Assembly (NCBI RefSeq): GCF_009914755.1
Contig: NC_060930.1
Source of the DNA: the human T2T-CHM13v2.0 reference genome, Homo sapiens
DNA: 64,000 nt
Direction: 5' to 3' (one strand)
Below the pieces are notes generated by a model. That model did not search any database, was not told the origin of the DNA, and worked only from the letters and a program-made list of their open reading frames with translations. Below are positions 15,759 to 31,128 of this stretch, in pieces (position 1 is the stretch's first letter; every line of letters starts with the position of its first letter). The translations under genes were made by a program, and so were the position numbers.

Positions 15759-16298
15759 ATTATTATTTTACTTTAAGTTCTGGGATACATGTGCAGAATG
15801 TGCAGGTTTGGTACATAGGTTTACATGTGCCATGGTGATTTGCTGCACCCATCAACCCATCATCTAGGTTTTAAGCCCCACATGCATTACCTATTTGTCC
15901 TAATGCTTTCCCTCCCCTTGCCCTCCACCCCGACAGGCCCCAGTGTGTAATGTTCCCCTTCCTGTGTCCATGTGATCTCATGTTCAACTCTAACTTATGA
16001 GTGAGAACATGCGGTATTTGGTTTTCTGCTCCTGTGTTAGTTTGCTGAGAATGATGGTTTTCAGTTTCATCCATGTCCCTGCAAAGGACATGAACTCATT
16101 CTTTTTTGTGGCTGCATAATATTCCATGGTGTATATGTGCCACATTTTCTTTATCCAGTCTATCGTTGATGGTCATTTGGGTTGATTCCAAGTCTTTGCT
16201 ATTGTAAATAGTGCTGCAATAAACATACGTGTGCATGTGTCTTTATAGTAGAATGATTTATAATCCTTTGGGTATGTACCCAGTAATGGGATTGCTGG
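15759..16298 (-). mobile_element. 5'-truncated L1PA7/8-like 3' end
   Basis: ttaagttctgggatacatgtgcagaatgtgcagg 3' UTR; 13-bp TSD aaacctctttttt at 15746-15758 and 16302-16314. Confidence 0.93.
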
Positions 16299-17490
16299 TA
16301 TAAACCTCTTTTTTAAAGGCATCACAAAACATTAAAAAGGAAAGTTTGGATACAAGTTTTAAAACAAAAAGGAAAGAAAAATCTAGGCAAAGTATGCCTT
16401 CTAAGTAGTAATAAAAGTTATTAAATTTTGATAACTGTTCCACAAAAAATGTTTTCTGATTTAATTGTTCAAAAAGGTTTATATAGATACAGACAAAAAT
16501 GCCCTTTCAAACTAATGAAATGTAATATTGACATTTTCTCTAAATATAAAAAAAAGAAAATGTTTTATTGAGATCAAGAAAGTAATATACAGAAAAAGAA
16601 AAGTTTGATAGTTTCTGCATATGACCCATATTATAACCAATAAAATAATGCATGTAGTATAGTAATTATTACTAAAGCTTTGACCAGAATTTACAAATAC
16701 AATTTATTTTTTAAAACGTCAGCCCAGGCTTTTCAAGGTTGTTTTTTAAGCCATGATCACAACACTTGCATAAGCTTAAGGACCGTATTTATAGATTCAG
16801 GTAAGCAATAGCTTATGCAAAGTGGGGAATTTTTCTCACACATACCTTGACCTTTCAGTTTTTATCACCACTTACCCCATCAGGCTTGCTTAGAAGTAGT
16901 ATAGCAGTTTCTGAATTATATATTGATCCCCTATATTAAATTGTTCATGTGAAGGTAAAGGTAAAGAAAAACTAAAGAATTAATAATTAGCAAATTAATT
17001 ACAAACCTTCTTATTGGGAATACTACTTAAAATTATATCCAATCTACTTAGAACTTCATCATAGTCACATAAAATTATACCTGCTGAGTATGTTTTTTGC
17101 TTTGAAGTGAAAGTTTTATTAAGTCTTCTTTTGTTTCCCGATGGTTATGATGTGGATAGAAACGTTTCTTAAATAATTGGCATAGAACACTTCTCATTAG
17201 CTTTAGTTTTTAAAAACTAGCATAAAAATGTTTTTTTCAATTTTAAGAATTTGTTCAATTGTAAGCCATAATACAGTTTCTTTCTTAGTTATGATGAACA
17301 TACAATAAATAAAGCAAGAACTTAGTCTCCCATCTAAGATGGAATAACAAAACAAGATTTTACTCTTGCTCTGAAATAACTGAAAAACAAGATGAAAAAT
17401 ACAAAACAATGGTCTCCTGTTTTGGACATCCAGTAGTGCATGGAAGTATTTTCTGAGAGAGCAGAAACTAAGAGCCCTATGGTTTCCCAG

Positions 17491-18404
17491 TGACAAAGAT
17501 TCTCTTCTTGACCAAACTTTAATCAGCTCCTCTAAACTCCCCTCTCAACTAGACCCTGACTTTTGGGCTTCCACGAATGTGCATTGTCCAATTTTAGCAA
17601 AAATCTTGCTAAGACAGGGTAGCCAGAATCCTACATTTTCAATACATATCTGATCAAGTTCCTCACCCTCCACCAGCCCTAAGGTGATGTCTGATCACCT
17701 TGGCCTGCCTTCAGCAAGAATTCTGTTAGGTTTATTTAGCCAGAATCCTCCCTTACTCCTGGAATTTCCTCTTAGTATTTTCCATCCACTGAATCCTACC
17801 CTGCTCCTTAGCTATAAATTCACCTTTTGTTATATTTACAGCTGAGAACATGAAAGTTGTCAGAATCAAAATAGAGTCACTAATGTTAAGACAACCCTGA
17901 CAAATAGAGCTAAGAAGGCTATGAAGAGAGGGTTCACACACTTACATGCCAATTACAACATCCAAAAATAACTACAGAAACCACAACCTTGTACATCACA
18001 ACCTTACACAAAAAATACTTTTTCAAGAACATCTGCCCCACAGCTGCCTGTCCAGCGTTGAACTGGCACCACCCATGTTCTTGATCATCGTTGTCTATGG
18101 TAATTATTTCCAAACAATTGTATAATCCTTCTCATTTTTTTCTTTTAAAACCTTTGTCTTCCTTTACCTCCCTGAATTTGCACATAGCTTACTATGGCTT
18201 ATGTATTCCCATTGGCATGCCTTATTCCCAAGTAAATTTCTTTTAGAGGGTCTCTCTCTGTTTGTTTTTTGATTGACAAGAACCATCTCTGTCTCCTTCT
18301 GCAAAACCTCATTTTGGTGGTCCCTATTCCTACAGCAATAACCCCTGGAATAAAGTCACTTTTACCATTCTTTAACAACTGTCATGAATAATCCTTTTTT
18401 AACA
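17491..18404 (+). mobile_element. ERV1 solo LTR (MER31/MER67-type) split by MER65
   Basis: TG...CA termini (tgacaaagattctc...tttaaca), AATAAA, 4-bp TSD ccag at 17487-17490 and 18405-18408. Confidence 0.82.
17849..18278 (+). mobile_element. MER65-type ERV1 solo LTR
   Basis: (ca)tgaaagttgtcagaatcaaaatagagtcac start, ...ttgaca end; TSD agaa at 17845-17848 and 18279-18282. Confidence 0.82.
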
Positions 18405-20799
18405 CCAGCTCACTGCCTGGAAAGAATTTACAGATAGTGTGAAGGTACAAGAACTCAACTGGAGCCCAACAGCCTCCATAATTTGTGGAGATGAAGCTGG
18501 GAGTCCAAGGAGTTCCAGACAGCTAGAGTTCCTAGAACAGAGTGCCAGAGAAGAGAGAGGGAGAAAGCTGGAGAAATGCAGCTGGGGGGAAGGGGTTAGA
18601 CTTCTTGACTGGGTATTGATTAATTAGTGAGGGCATGTGAGGAAACAACCTAAGCCTGGGAAAATAACCACATGAAAGCTGTTCTTTGAGCTCACACAGG
18701 GCAAGAAATAGTTTTTGTTCCTGTAAGCATAATGGAAAACCTCACAGATCTAGGGGCATCAGTTACAGTCCTCTGAAAAATACTGCCTCACTACTGGAGG
18801 GAAATTAGTCCTATATAAAGGCTGTTTTGGACCCTTCTGGGAAAGCTTTAAGGACTACATTTGATCAAACTATTCCCAAGCAACTTTAACTGTATCTCAG
18901 AATACAACTCAAGAATATTTACAGAAATTCAAAAATATCTAGCAAATAACAATATGAAATTCACAAGATCTGACATCCAACTAAAAGTTATCAAGCCATG
19001 TAAAGGAGCAAGAAAAGATTTTTCTTAATAATAATGAGAAAACACAAAGAGAAACAAATGTTAAAATGACATAGATGATAGAATTTCTAGTCAGTCACAT
19101 TAGAAGAGTTACAATGATGTTTCATATGTTTTGAAATAATATGAAAGAGTAAACATATTAAAGAGATATATATATATGCAATATTAAAAAGGTCCAAATT
19201 AAATTTTTGAGACAAAAAAATACAATTCTGTTAAAAATATGCAGTTTTTTACTAACAGCACCTTGGACACAGCAGAAGAAAATATTATCTAAAGACATAG
19301 CAATAGAAACTGGTCAAAGAAATAAAGAGAGAGGAAAAAGACTGAACAAATTATGAATAGAACATTAATGAACTGTGGGATACGTATATTTGAGAGAGGG
19401 AAGGAGAAAAATATTTGAAGAAATAGTAGCCATTTTGTTTTCTAATTTGATGAAAACTAATTTCAAGAAGCTCAACAAAACCCAAGCACAAGAAACAGGA
19501 AGAAAAGGGACATCATAATAAAATTACTGAAAATCAATAATGAAGAGAAAATCTTTAAGGCATCCAGAGAAAGTACAAATCTTACATGTAGAGAACAAGA
19601 ATGCAAAGAATAGTAGACTTCTCACATAAAACCCTACAGACCTTTATTGCAATAAATATTAAAGGAAGCCTTTTAAGCAGAAGGAAAATGATAGCAGCTA
19701 AAAATCTGCATTTGAGTAAAGGAATGAAGAAAACAATAAATTATAAAAATACAAGTAAATTTTAAAGTTTTTTATTTTTAATATTCTTTTAAAATATAAG
19801 TGACACATATAACATAAAAATAACAATACATTATGGTGTTTATAACAAATGTGAAAGTAAAATTACAACTATACAGTGCAAATACAAAGGAGAAATAAGT
19901 CTACAGTTGTAAAGATTTTATATCTTGAGAGTATACTAGGATAAGTTAAAGACGTACACTATAAGTTCTAATGCAAACCAGAAAACAATAAAAAGTAATC
20001 ACTAAAAGCCAACGAAGAAGATAGACTCTTTAAAAATATTCCACTAATGCAAATGAAAAGAGGAAGTAAAATAATTCAGATGAAACAAATAAAAATATAA
20101 AGCAAAGAGTAGCTATAAACACTAAATCAATAATCAATTGTAAATGATCTAAGTATTCTAAAAAAGAATTATAGATTTTATAAGAACCATATGCTAGTCA
20201 AAAATAGCTCAAAAATAAAAGGATGAATTTTAAAAAGATATGTCATACTAATGTTAATCAAAAGAAAACTGAAAAACGTATTAGTATATGATGACTATAC
20301 CAACATCAGACAAAGTTGCTTTTAGTCATTAAATAATGATAAGCCAATCAATTTTTCAAGAAGATATAACAGTCTTAATTCCACACCCAATAACAGAGCT
20401 TCAAAACATAGAAAAGTAAAACTAATAAAACAGCAAGAAGAAATATACAAATCCATAAATTTAGTAGAATATTTCAACACTTCTCTCACTGAATAATTAA
20501 TAGAACAGAAAGAGAAAAATCTCAGTAAGAATATAAAAGATTTACACACTGAAACAAAGTGACCTAATAAACATTTATATAATGTTTCACACAACAGTGG
20601 AAGAATATGTGTTGTTATCAAATGTACATGGAACTTTTACCGAGATCAATCATGTTCTGGGCTATAAAACAGAGCCTAATACATTTAACAGGATTTAATT
20701 CACACAAATTATTTTCTCATGCCATAGTGGAATTTAGTTAGAAAAAAAATCAATAAGAGAATGACATTTGGAAAATTTCAAATATTTAGAAATAAGTTA

Positions 20800-20878
20800 T
20801 TAGGTTAGTGCTAAGTAAGTGCGGTTTTTCCCATTACTTTCAATGGCAAAAACCGCAATTACTTTTGCACCAGCCTAA
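20800..20878. mobile_element. MADE1 (Hsmar1-derived MITE)
   Basis: Palindrome of about 80 bp, ttaggttagtgc...gcggtttttcccattactttcaatggcaaaaaccgcaattacttttgcaccagcctaa, preceded by TA. Confidence 0.93.
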
Positions 20879-21850
20879 AACTTATGTGCCAATGAAGAAA
20901 TTTTAAAAGCTAGGAACTGTATTGAAGAGAATGAAACATGGCATAGAAAATTTTATCACAAAGTGGTATTTATAGGGAAACTGTTAGTACTACCAGTGTG
21001 TTTTAAAATAAACTGAAGAAGATTCAACTAAAACAAGTTTGCATCCTTATTAGGGAAATAGAAAAGCAAGAGTAAATCAAACCCAAAAGAAGAAAAAGAG
21101 GGGCAAATACCAATTATTTAGAAAGAGTATGAACAATATAATAAATCAATAAAGTAAAAAGCTATAGTTCCAAGAAAATCAATCAAAATGATAGCCTGTA
21201 GCTTAACTGCTCAAGAAAAAGCAAGTTACCAAGATCAGAAATGAGAGTAGAAAGATAAGTAAAGATTCTACAGATAATAAAAGAATAGAAAGAATAATAA
21301 TAACTCTATGACAATGAATTCAATAACTTCGATGAAATGGATAAACTTCTTGGAGGAGACAAACTTTAAAAACTCTCTAACAATAGACAAATGGAATAAT
21401 TCTATATTTATCCTAATAAGTGAATTTGAAGTTAACTTAAAACTTCAGAACCAGATAGCTTCAATGGCAAAATTTACCAAATATTTTTAGAAGAAAATAC
21501 CAAATCTTTACAAATTCTTCCAGAAAAATTAGAGAATAATATAGCTCATTTTATAAGCCAATATTAGACTAACATCTAAATCACACAAAAACATTTTAAA
21601 AAGTGAAAAAGCAAATTACAGACCAATATTCCTCATAAACATATATACAACAAATAAAATTTTAGTAAATCTATCCAAGAATATATAGAAAGGTCAGTAA
21701 ATATATCATGACCAAGTGGGGAATTATCCACAAAATACAAAACCGATCTAAAATTTGAAAATTCAAATCAATGTAACACTATATTAATATATTAAACAAC
21801 AATAACAAATCATTATTTCAACAAAGGCAAAAAAAAGCACTTGACAAATC

Positions 21851-21912
21851 TTTTATTTATTTTTTCCATAGGTTATTGGGGTACAGGTGATATTTAGTTA
21901 CATGAGTAAGTT
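21851..21912 (-). mobile_element. L1PB 3'-terminal fragment
   Basis: ttccataggttattggggtacaggtgatatttagttacatgagtaagtt. Confidence 0.75.
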
Positions 21913-21924
21913 TGGTTTCATTTT

Positions 21925-23283
21925 GCTTTTAATTATATATTAAGTTCTGGGATACATGTGCAGAACGTGCAGGTTTGTTACATAGGTATACATGTTCCAT
22001 AGTGGTTTACTGCACCCATCAACTCATCATCTATATTTTAGGTATTTCTCCTGATGGTATCCCTCCCTTAGCCCCCCAACCCTCCAACAGGCCCTGGTGT
22101 GTGATGTTCCCCTCCCTGTGTCCATGTGTTCTCATGGTTCCACTCCAACTTATGAGTGAGAACATGCAGTGTTTGGTTTTCTGCTCCTGTGTTGGTTTGC
22201 TGAGAATGATAGTTTACAGTTTCATCCATGTCCCTGCAAAAGATATTAATTCTTCCTTTTTTATGGCTGCATAGTATTACATGGTGTGTACACCACATTT
22301 TCTTTATCCAGTCTATCATTGATGGGCATTTGGGTTGGTTCCAAGTCTTTGCTGTTGTAAATAGTACTGCAATAAACATACGTGTGCATGTGTCTTTATA
22401 GTAGAATGATTTATAATCCTTTGGGTATATACCCAGTAATGAGATTGCTGGGTCAAATGGTATTTCTAGTTCTAGATCCATGAGGAATTACCATGCTGTC
22501 TTCCACAATGGTTGAACTAATTTACACTCAAATTAACAGTGTAAAAGCACTCCTATTTCTCCACATCCTCTCCAGCATCTGTTGTTTCCTGACTTTTTAA
22601 TGAATGCCATTCTAACTGATGTGAGATGGTATCTCATTGTGGTTTTGCTTTGCATTTCTCTAATGACCAGTGATGATGAGCTTTCTTTCATATATTTGTT
22701 GGTTACATAAATGTCATCTTTTGAGAAAAGTCTGTTCATATCCTTTGCCCATTTTTTGATGGGGTTGTTTGTTTTTTTCTTGTAAATTTGTTTAAGTCCT
22801 TTGTAGATTCTGGATATTAGCCCTTTGTCAGATGGATTGATTGCAAAAATTTTCTCCCATTCTGTAGGTTGCCTGTTCACTCTGATGATAGTTTATTTTG
22901 CTGTGCAGAAGCTCTTTAGTTTAATTAGATCCCACTTGTCAATTTTGGCTCTTGTTGCCATTGTTTTTGGTGTTTTCGTCATGAAGTCTTTGCCCATGCC
23001 TGTGTCCTGAGTGGTATTGCCTAGGTTTTCTTCAAGAGTTTTATGGTTTTAGGTTTTACATTTAAGTCTTTAATCCATATTGAATTAATGTTTGTATAAG
23101 GTGTAAGGAAGAAGTCCAGTTACAGTTTTCTCCATATAGCTAGCCAGTTTTCCCAACACCATTTATTAAATAGGGAATCCTTTCCCCATTGTTTGTTTTC
23201 ATCAGGTTTGTCAAAGATCAGATGGTTGTAGATGTGTGGTGTTATTTCTGAGGCCTCTATTCTGTTCCATTGGTCTATATATC
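21925..23283 (-). mobile_element. L1PA7/8-like 3' portion
   Basis: ORFs 22068..22481(-) and 22533..22880(-) are ORF2p C-terminus; 3' UTR at the left end. Confidence 0.93.
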
Positions 23284-25601
23284 TTAAATTGACCACATCA
23301 TTGGAAGTAAAACACTCCTCAGCAAATGCAAAAGAATGGAAATCATAACAAACAGTCTCAAACCACAGTGCAATCAAATTAGAATTCAGGATTAAGAAAC
23401 TTACTCAAAACCACACCACTACATGGAAACTGAACAACCTGCTCCTGAATGACTACTGGGTAAATAACAAAACTAAAGCAGAAATAGTTCTTTGAAACCA
23501 ATGAGAACAAACACACAACATACTAGAATTTCTGGGACACAGATAAAGCAATGTTTAGAGGGAAATTTACATAGTATTGGAAGTTCTGGCCAGGGCAATC
23601 TGGCAAGATAAAGATATAAAGGGTATTCGAATAGGGAGAGAGGGAGTCAAATTGTCTCTGCTTGCAGAAGACATAATTGTATATTTAAAAAACCCCATTG
23701 TCTCAGCCCAAAATCTCCTTAAGCTGATAAGCAACTTCAGCAAAGTCTCAGGATAGGAAATCAATGTGTAAAAATTATAAGCATTCCTATACACCAATAA
23801 TAGACAAACAGAGAGCCAAAATCATAAGTGAACTCCTATTCACAATAGGTACAAAGAGAATAAAATACCTAGGAATACAAGTTAACTCTTCAAGGAAAAC
23901 TAAAAACCATTGTTTAAAGAAATAAGAGAAGACACAAACAAATAAAAACAGTTCCATGCTCATGAATAGGAAGAATCAATATCGTGAAAATAGCCATACT
24001 GTCCAAAGTAATTTATAGATTCAATACTATCCCCATCAAGCTACCATTGACTTTCTTTACAGAATTAGAAAAAAAATTCTTTCAATTTTATATAAAACCA
24101 AAAAAGAGCCTGAATATCCAAGAGAATCCTAAGCAAAATGAACAAAGCTTGAGGCATCATGCTACCTGACTTCAAACCATACTGTAAGGCTACAGTAACC
24201 AGAACAGCATGATACTGGTAGCAAAACAGATATTTAGACAAATGAAACAGAATGGAGGCCTCATAAATAATGCCACACATCTACAACCATCTGATCTTCA
24301 ATAAACCTGACAAAAACAAGCAATGGGAAAAGGATTCCGTATTTAACAAACGGTGTTGGGAAAACTGGCTAGCCATATGCAGAAAACTGAAACTGGTCCC
24401 CTTCCTTACACCATATACAAAAATTAACTCAAGATGGATTAAGACTTAAATGTAAGACCTAAAACCATAAAAACCCTAAAAGGAAACCTAGGCAGTACCA
24501 TCAAGGACATAAGCATGGACAAAGACTTCATGATGAAAACACCAAAAGCAATGACGACAAAAGCCAAAATTGACAAATGGGATCTCATTAAACTAAAGAG
24601 CTTTTGCACAGCAAAAGAAACTATCATCAGAATGAACAGGCAACCTACAGAATGGAAGAAAATTTTTGTAATCTATCTATCTGACAAAGGACTAATATTC
24701 AGAATCTACAAAGAACTTAAATTTACAAGAAAAAGACAAACAACCTCATCAAAAAGTGGGAGAAAGATATAAACAGACACTTCTCAAAAAAAGATATTTA
24801 TGCGCCAACAAACATGAAAAAAAGCTCATCATCATTGGTCACTAGAGGAATGCAAATCAAAACAACAAAATCAAAACTGTTGTCAGTTAGAATGGTGTTC
24901 ATTAAAAAGTCAGGAAACAGCAGATGCTGGAGAGGTTCTGGAAAAATAAGAATGCTTTTACACTGTTGATGGGAGTGTATATTAGTTCAACCATTGTGGA
25001 AGACAGTGTGGTGATTCCTTTAGGATATAGAACCAGAAATAATTTGACCCAATGATCCCATTACTGGATATACAACCAAAGGATTATAAATCATTCTACT
25101 ATAAAGACACACGCACACATATGTTTATGGCAGCACTATTCATGATAGCAAAGACTTGGAACCAACCCAAATGCCCATCAATGATAGACCGTATAAAGAA
25201 AATGTTTCACATATATACCATGGAATACTATGCAGCCATAAAAAAGGATGAGTTCATGTCCTTTGCAGGGACATGGATAAAACTGGAAACTATCATTCTC
25301 AGCAAACTAACACGGGAGCAGAAAATCAAACACCGCGTGTTCTCACTCATAAGTGGGAGTTGAAGAATGAGAACACATGGACACAGGGAGGGGAACATCA
25401 CACACGGGGGCCTTTTGGGATGTGGGGGGCTAGGAGAGAGATAGCATTAGGAGAAATACCTAATGTAGATGATGGATTGATGGGTGCAGCAAACCACCAT
25501 GGCACTTGTTATACCTATGTTACAAAACTGCATGTTCTGCACATGTATTCCAGAAGTAAAGGAAATTAATAAAAAAAGAAAAATATATAAAATAAATAAA
25601 A
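23284..25601 (+). mobile_element. L1PA7/8-like ORF2 to 3' UTR with internal deletion and A-rich tail
   Basis: ORF2 remnants 23984..25363(+); jump at about 23569 from gagggaaattta to catagtattggaagttctggcc; 3' UTR and A tail near 25560-25600. Confidence 0.92.
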
Positions 25602-26834
25602 TCAGGGGTGGGAAAAAATCTTAAACCACATTCTTTGTCACTTGCCTTTCACAGATATAGGAAATGAGACTCAGGAGATCTTTAGTGCCTTCATCAAAAT
25701 CACCTTTTTCATATGTAGATGAGCAAGAAAAGCTCACAGTGTTGTCAGTCAAGTGTTCTTTCTCTTACCCCAAAGCTGTCATATTATTGAATTCAAAACA
25801 CTATTTTCATATGGCTTTCTACAGGGATATTTTTTCTGTGGTAAGCTTGTTTCTATACCTAGGAGGGGCAATCCCTTAGGTTTGTTATAGCATACCATGC
25901 TAACTACTAAAAACTACTGTGACTCACGTAGAAAGGAGGACACAAAGCTAAGTGTCTGCTTTAAGACTCTATTTTCTATCACAAATGGGTAAAGAATTGG
26001 ACTTGCTAAAAGCATCTTAGAAAACTCAATGTATAAAGGTATTTGTGTGTAACTGAATCCTTTCTTTAAAATTTCTTTGCAGCTGGAGATTTAGGTAGGT
26101 TATTAGCAAAAATATTTTATCTTTCTGGTTGATATTTAATGTGAAGGAATCCTAAAATCTTACCTGCATGAGGCCAATATGTTTGCAAAATATCTCAAAG
26201 TTTTATCTTAATAGGCATGAAATATCTAGAGAGAGGAATAAAGCAGTTTTAATCCCCAAAACATCAAATATACTGGACATGCTGCTTCACCTGTCTGAAG
26301 CTCTATTATTATTAAGTTCTTCCAATTTATTAAACCTTCACCATTATGAAATGTACCTATTTGTTTCTGATTATACTCTGTCTTGAAGTCTACCTTATTT
26401 GACATTAATATACCCATTCCAGGCTTCTTTTCTTTCTTGTTTGCATAAAATACCTTTTTTTCACTCATTTACTTCTAACCTATTTGTTTCTTAATATTTA
26501 ATGTAAATCTTGTAGAGCACAGGGTTCTCTTTCATTTGTTTTTTGTCTTAAATCCACTTTGATAATCTATGGCTTTTAATTGTAGTCCTTAGTCAAGTAA
26601 CATTTAGTTATTGATATAGTTCTACTTAGGCCTACAATTTTACTATTTGCTTTTATTTGTTCCTCCTGGATTTTGTTGTTGTTGTTGTTATTACTCATTT
26701 TTATTTTTTTCTGCCTTGTTTGGAACTATCAAATATATAGTCAAATTAAGTTTTAATTTATCTATTGTTTTTCACTTTGTATTTTTTTTCTTTAATGGTA
26801 ATTGTAGAAATTATAATACACATCCCTTCTTAAG

Positions 26835-27206
26835 TATTATTATTTTTATTTCAATAGGTTTTTGGGAAATAGGTGATGTTTGGTTACATGGATAAGTTCT
26901 TTAGTGGTGATTTCTGAGATTTGGTGCACCCATCACCTGAGCATTGTATACTGTAGCCAATGTGTAGTCTTTTATCCTTTCCCACCCAGCCTTCCCTCTA
27001 GTCCCCAAAGTCCGTTGTATCATTCTTATGCCTTTGCAATCACATAGCTTAGCTCCCACTTATAAATGAGAACATACAATGTTTGGTTTTCCATTCCTGA
27101 GTAACTTCATTTAGTTAAATAATAATAATAATTATTATTATTATAGTCTCCAAATTCATCCAGGTTGCTGTGAATGCCATAATTTTATTCTGTTTTATGG
27201 CTGAGT
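26835..27206 (-). mobile_element. L1PB 3' end
   Basis: caataggtttttgggaaataggtgatgtttggttacatggataagttctttagtggtgatttctgag. Confidence 0.85.
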
Positions 27207-27263
27207 TGTAAGAATTATAGTATATACCCTTAAAAACTCACAGCAAACATATAGTTAATATAT

Positions 27264-29837
<2,574 letters not shown>

Positions 29838-30150
29838 TATTTGTTTTCTATTTATATTTTTATTTTTTGAGATGGAGTCTCACTCTGTCACCCAGGCTGA
29901 AGTGCAGTGACATGATCTCAGCTTGCTGCAACCTCCACCTCCTGGGTTTATGTAATTCTCCTGCCTCAGCCACCTGAGTAGCCTGGATTACAGCCATGAA
30001 CCACCATGTCCAGCTAACTTTTGTATTTTTAGTAGAGACAGGGTTTCACCATGTTGGTCAGGCTGCTCTCAAGCTCCTGAACTTAATCGATCTGCCTGCC
30101 TCAGCCTCCCAAAGTGCTGGGATTGCAGTCATAAGTCACCGCAACTAGTG
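29838..30150 (-). mobile_element. AluS (Sz-like)
   Basis: Full dimer on the reverse strand; its T-rich tail abuts the THE1 LTR. Confidence 0.9.
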
Positions 30151-31128
30151 TATAGTTAATATTGAACAACTTTAAATACATGTAAAATTTTGCTACTGTA
30201 TAAGGTCCATTTAACTCACCTCTTATCTTGTATAATCATACAAGAGCTTGCCATATTAGAGCCATATAAGTGATATGCTACACAATACAGTATTACAATA
30301 TTTTTAAACAATTTTATCTAGGTTAATCCAGTTAGAAGAAACATTATTTTAAATTTATCTGCTTTTATATCATTTCCAGTTCTTCATATTTTCCTGAAGA
30401 TGTGAATATTCAACTGGAATTACATTCTTTTAGTCTACTAAATTAAGATTTCCATTAACCTTTTTTAGTGCAGATCTGCTGGTGAAAATTTTACAGATTT
30501 GTTAAATCTGGAAAAGGCCTATTTTTTTCTTCATTCTTGAAGGGTAGTTTCATAGAATGTAGAAATCTAGGTTGATTTTTGTTATCAGCAATTTAAATAA
30601 GTCTTCTGGCCTCAATTTTTATAATTTAATCCATATTCAATGCAGTTTCAGAGACCCTGGTTTGATCATGGTTAACATTTTAGAGTATCTTGTTTCAGCT
30701 GTATTTTCTTATTTTTAACATAATTTTTGGAATGAAAGACATTCTTAAGACAAAGAGGGAAAAATATTTTCATATACCTTTAACTTATAATTTATAAAGT
30801 CAGTTTTCTTATACACCTCTTTAGAGATTTGTAATCACCCATTTTAAAATTTAAATAACCCTTAACATTTTTTCATCTTAACTTAAAGATGCACAGTAAC
30901 TTCACCTTTTTGTAAATGACAAAATAAATTTAGTGAAAATATTACTTAATAAGTTTAATGCATTTCCAAACTGCAAATGTTATCTCCCACTTCATTTTCC
31001 ATCTTTTATTTTTTTCTGTACTTTTTTGGTGCTAGTAATTTTCAATTAAAATTTTTTTTTATTTTTCTTAACTTTCATTTTTCTAGTCTGTTTAAATCTC
31101 TTGATAGTAGGATTTATTTCTGATTCCA

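Larger units (their letters stand above)
17330..21850 (+). mobile_element. Ancient L1M (L1MC/MD-like): 5' UTR, ORF1 and ORF2 remnant, interrupted by LTRs and MADE1
   Basis: A-rich degenerate ORF1/ORF2; aattacagaccaatattcctcataaacata and catgaccaagtggg match L1 ORF2 (NYRPISL region); continuity across the LTR TSD. Confidence 0.8.
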
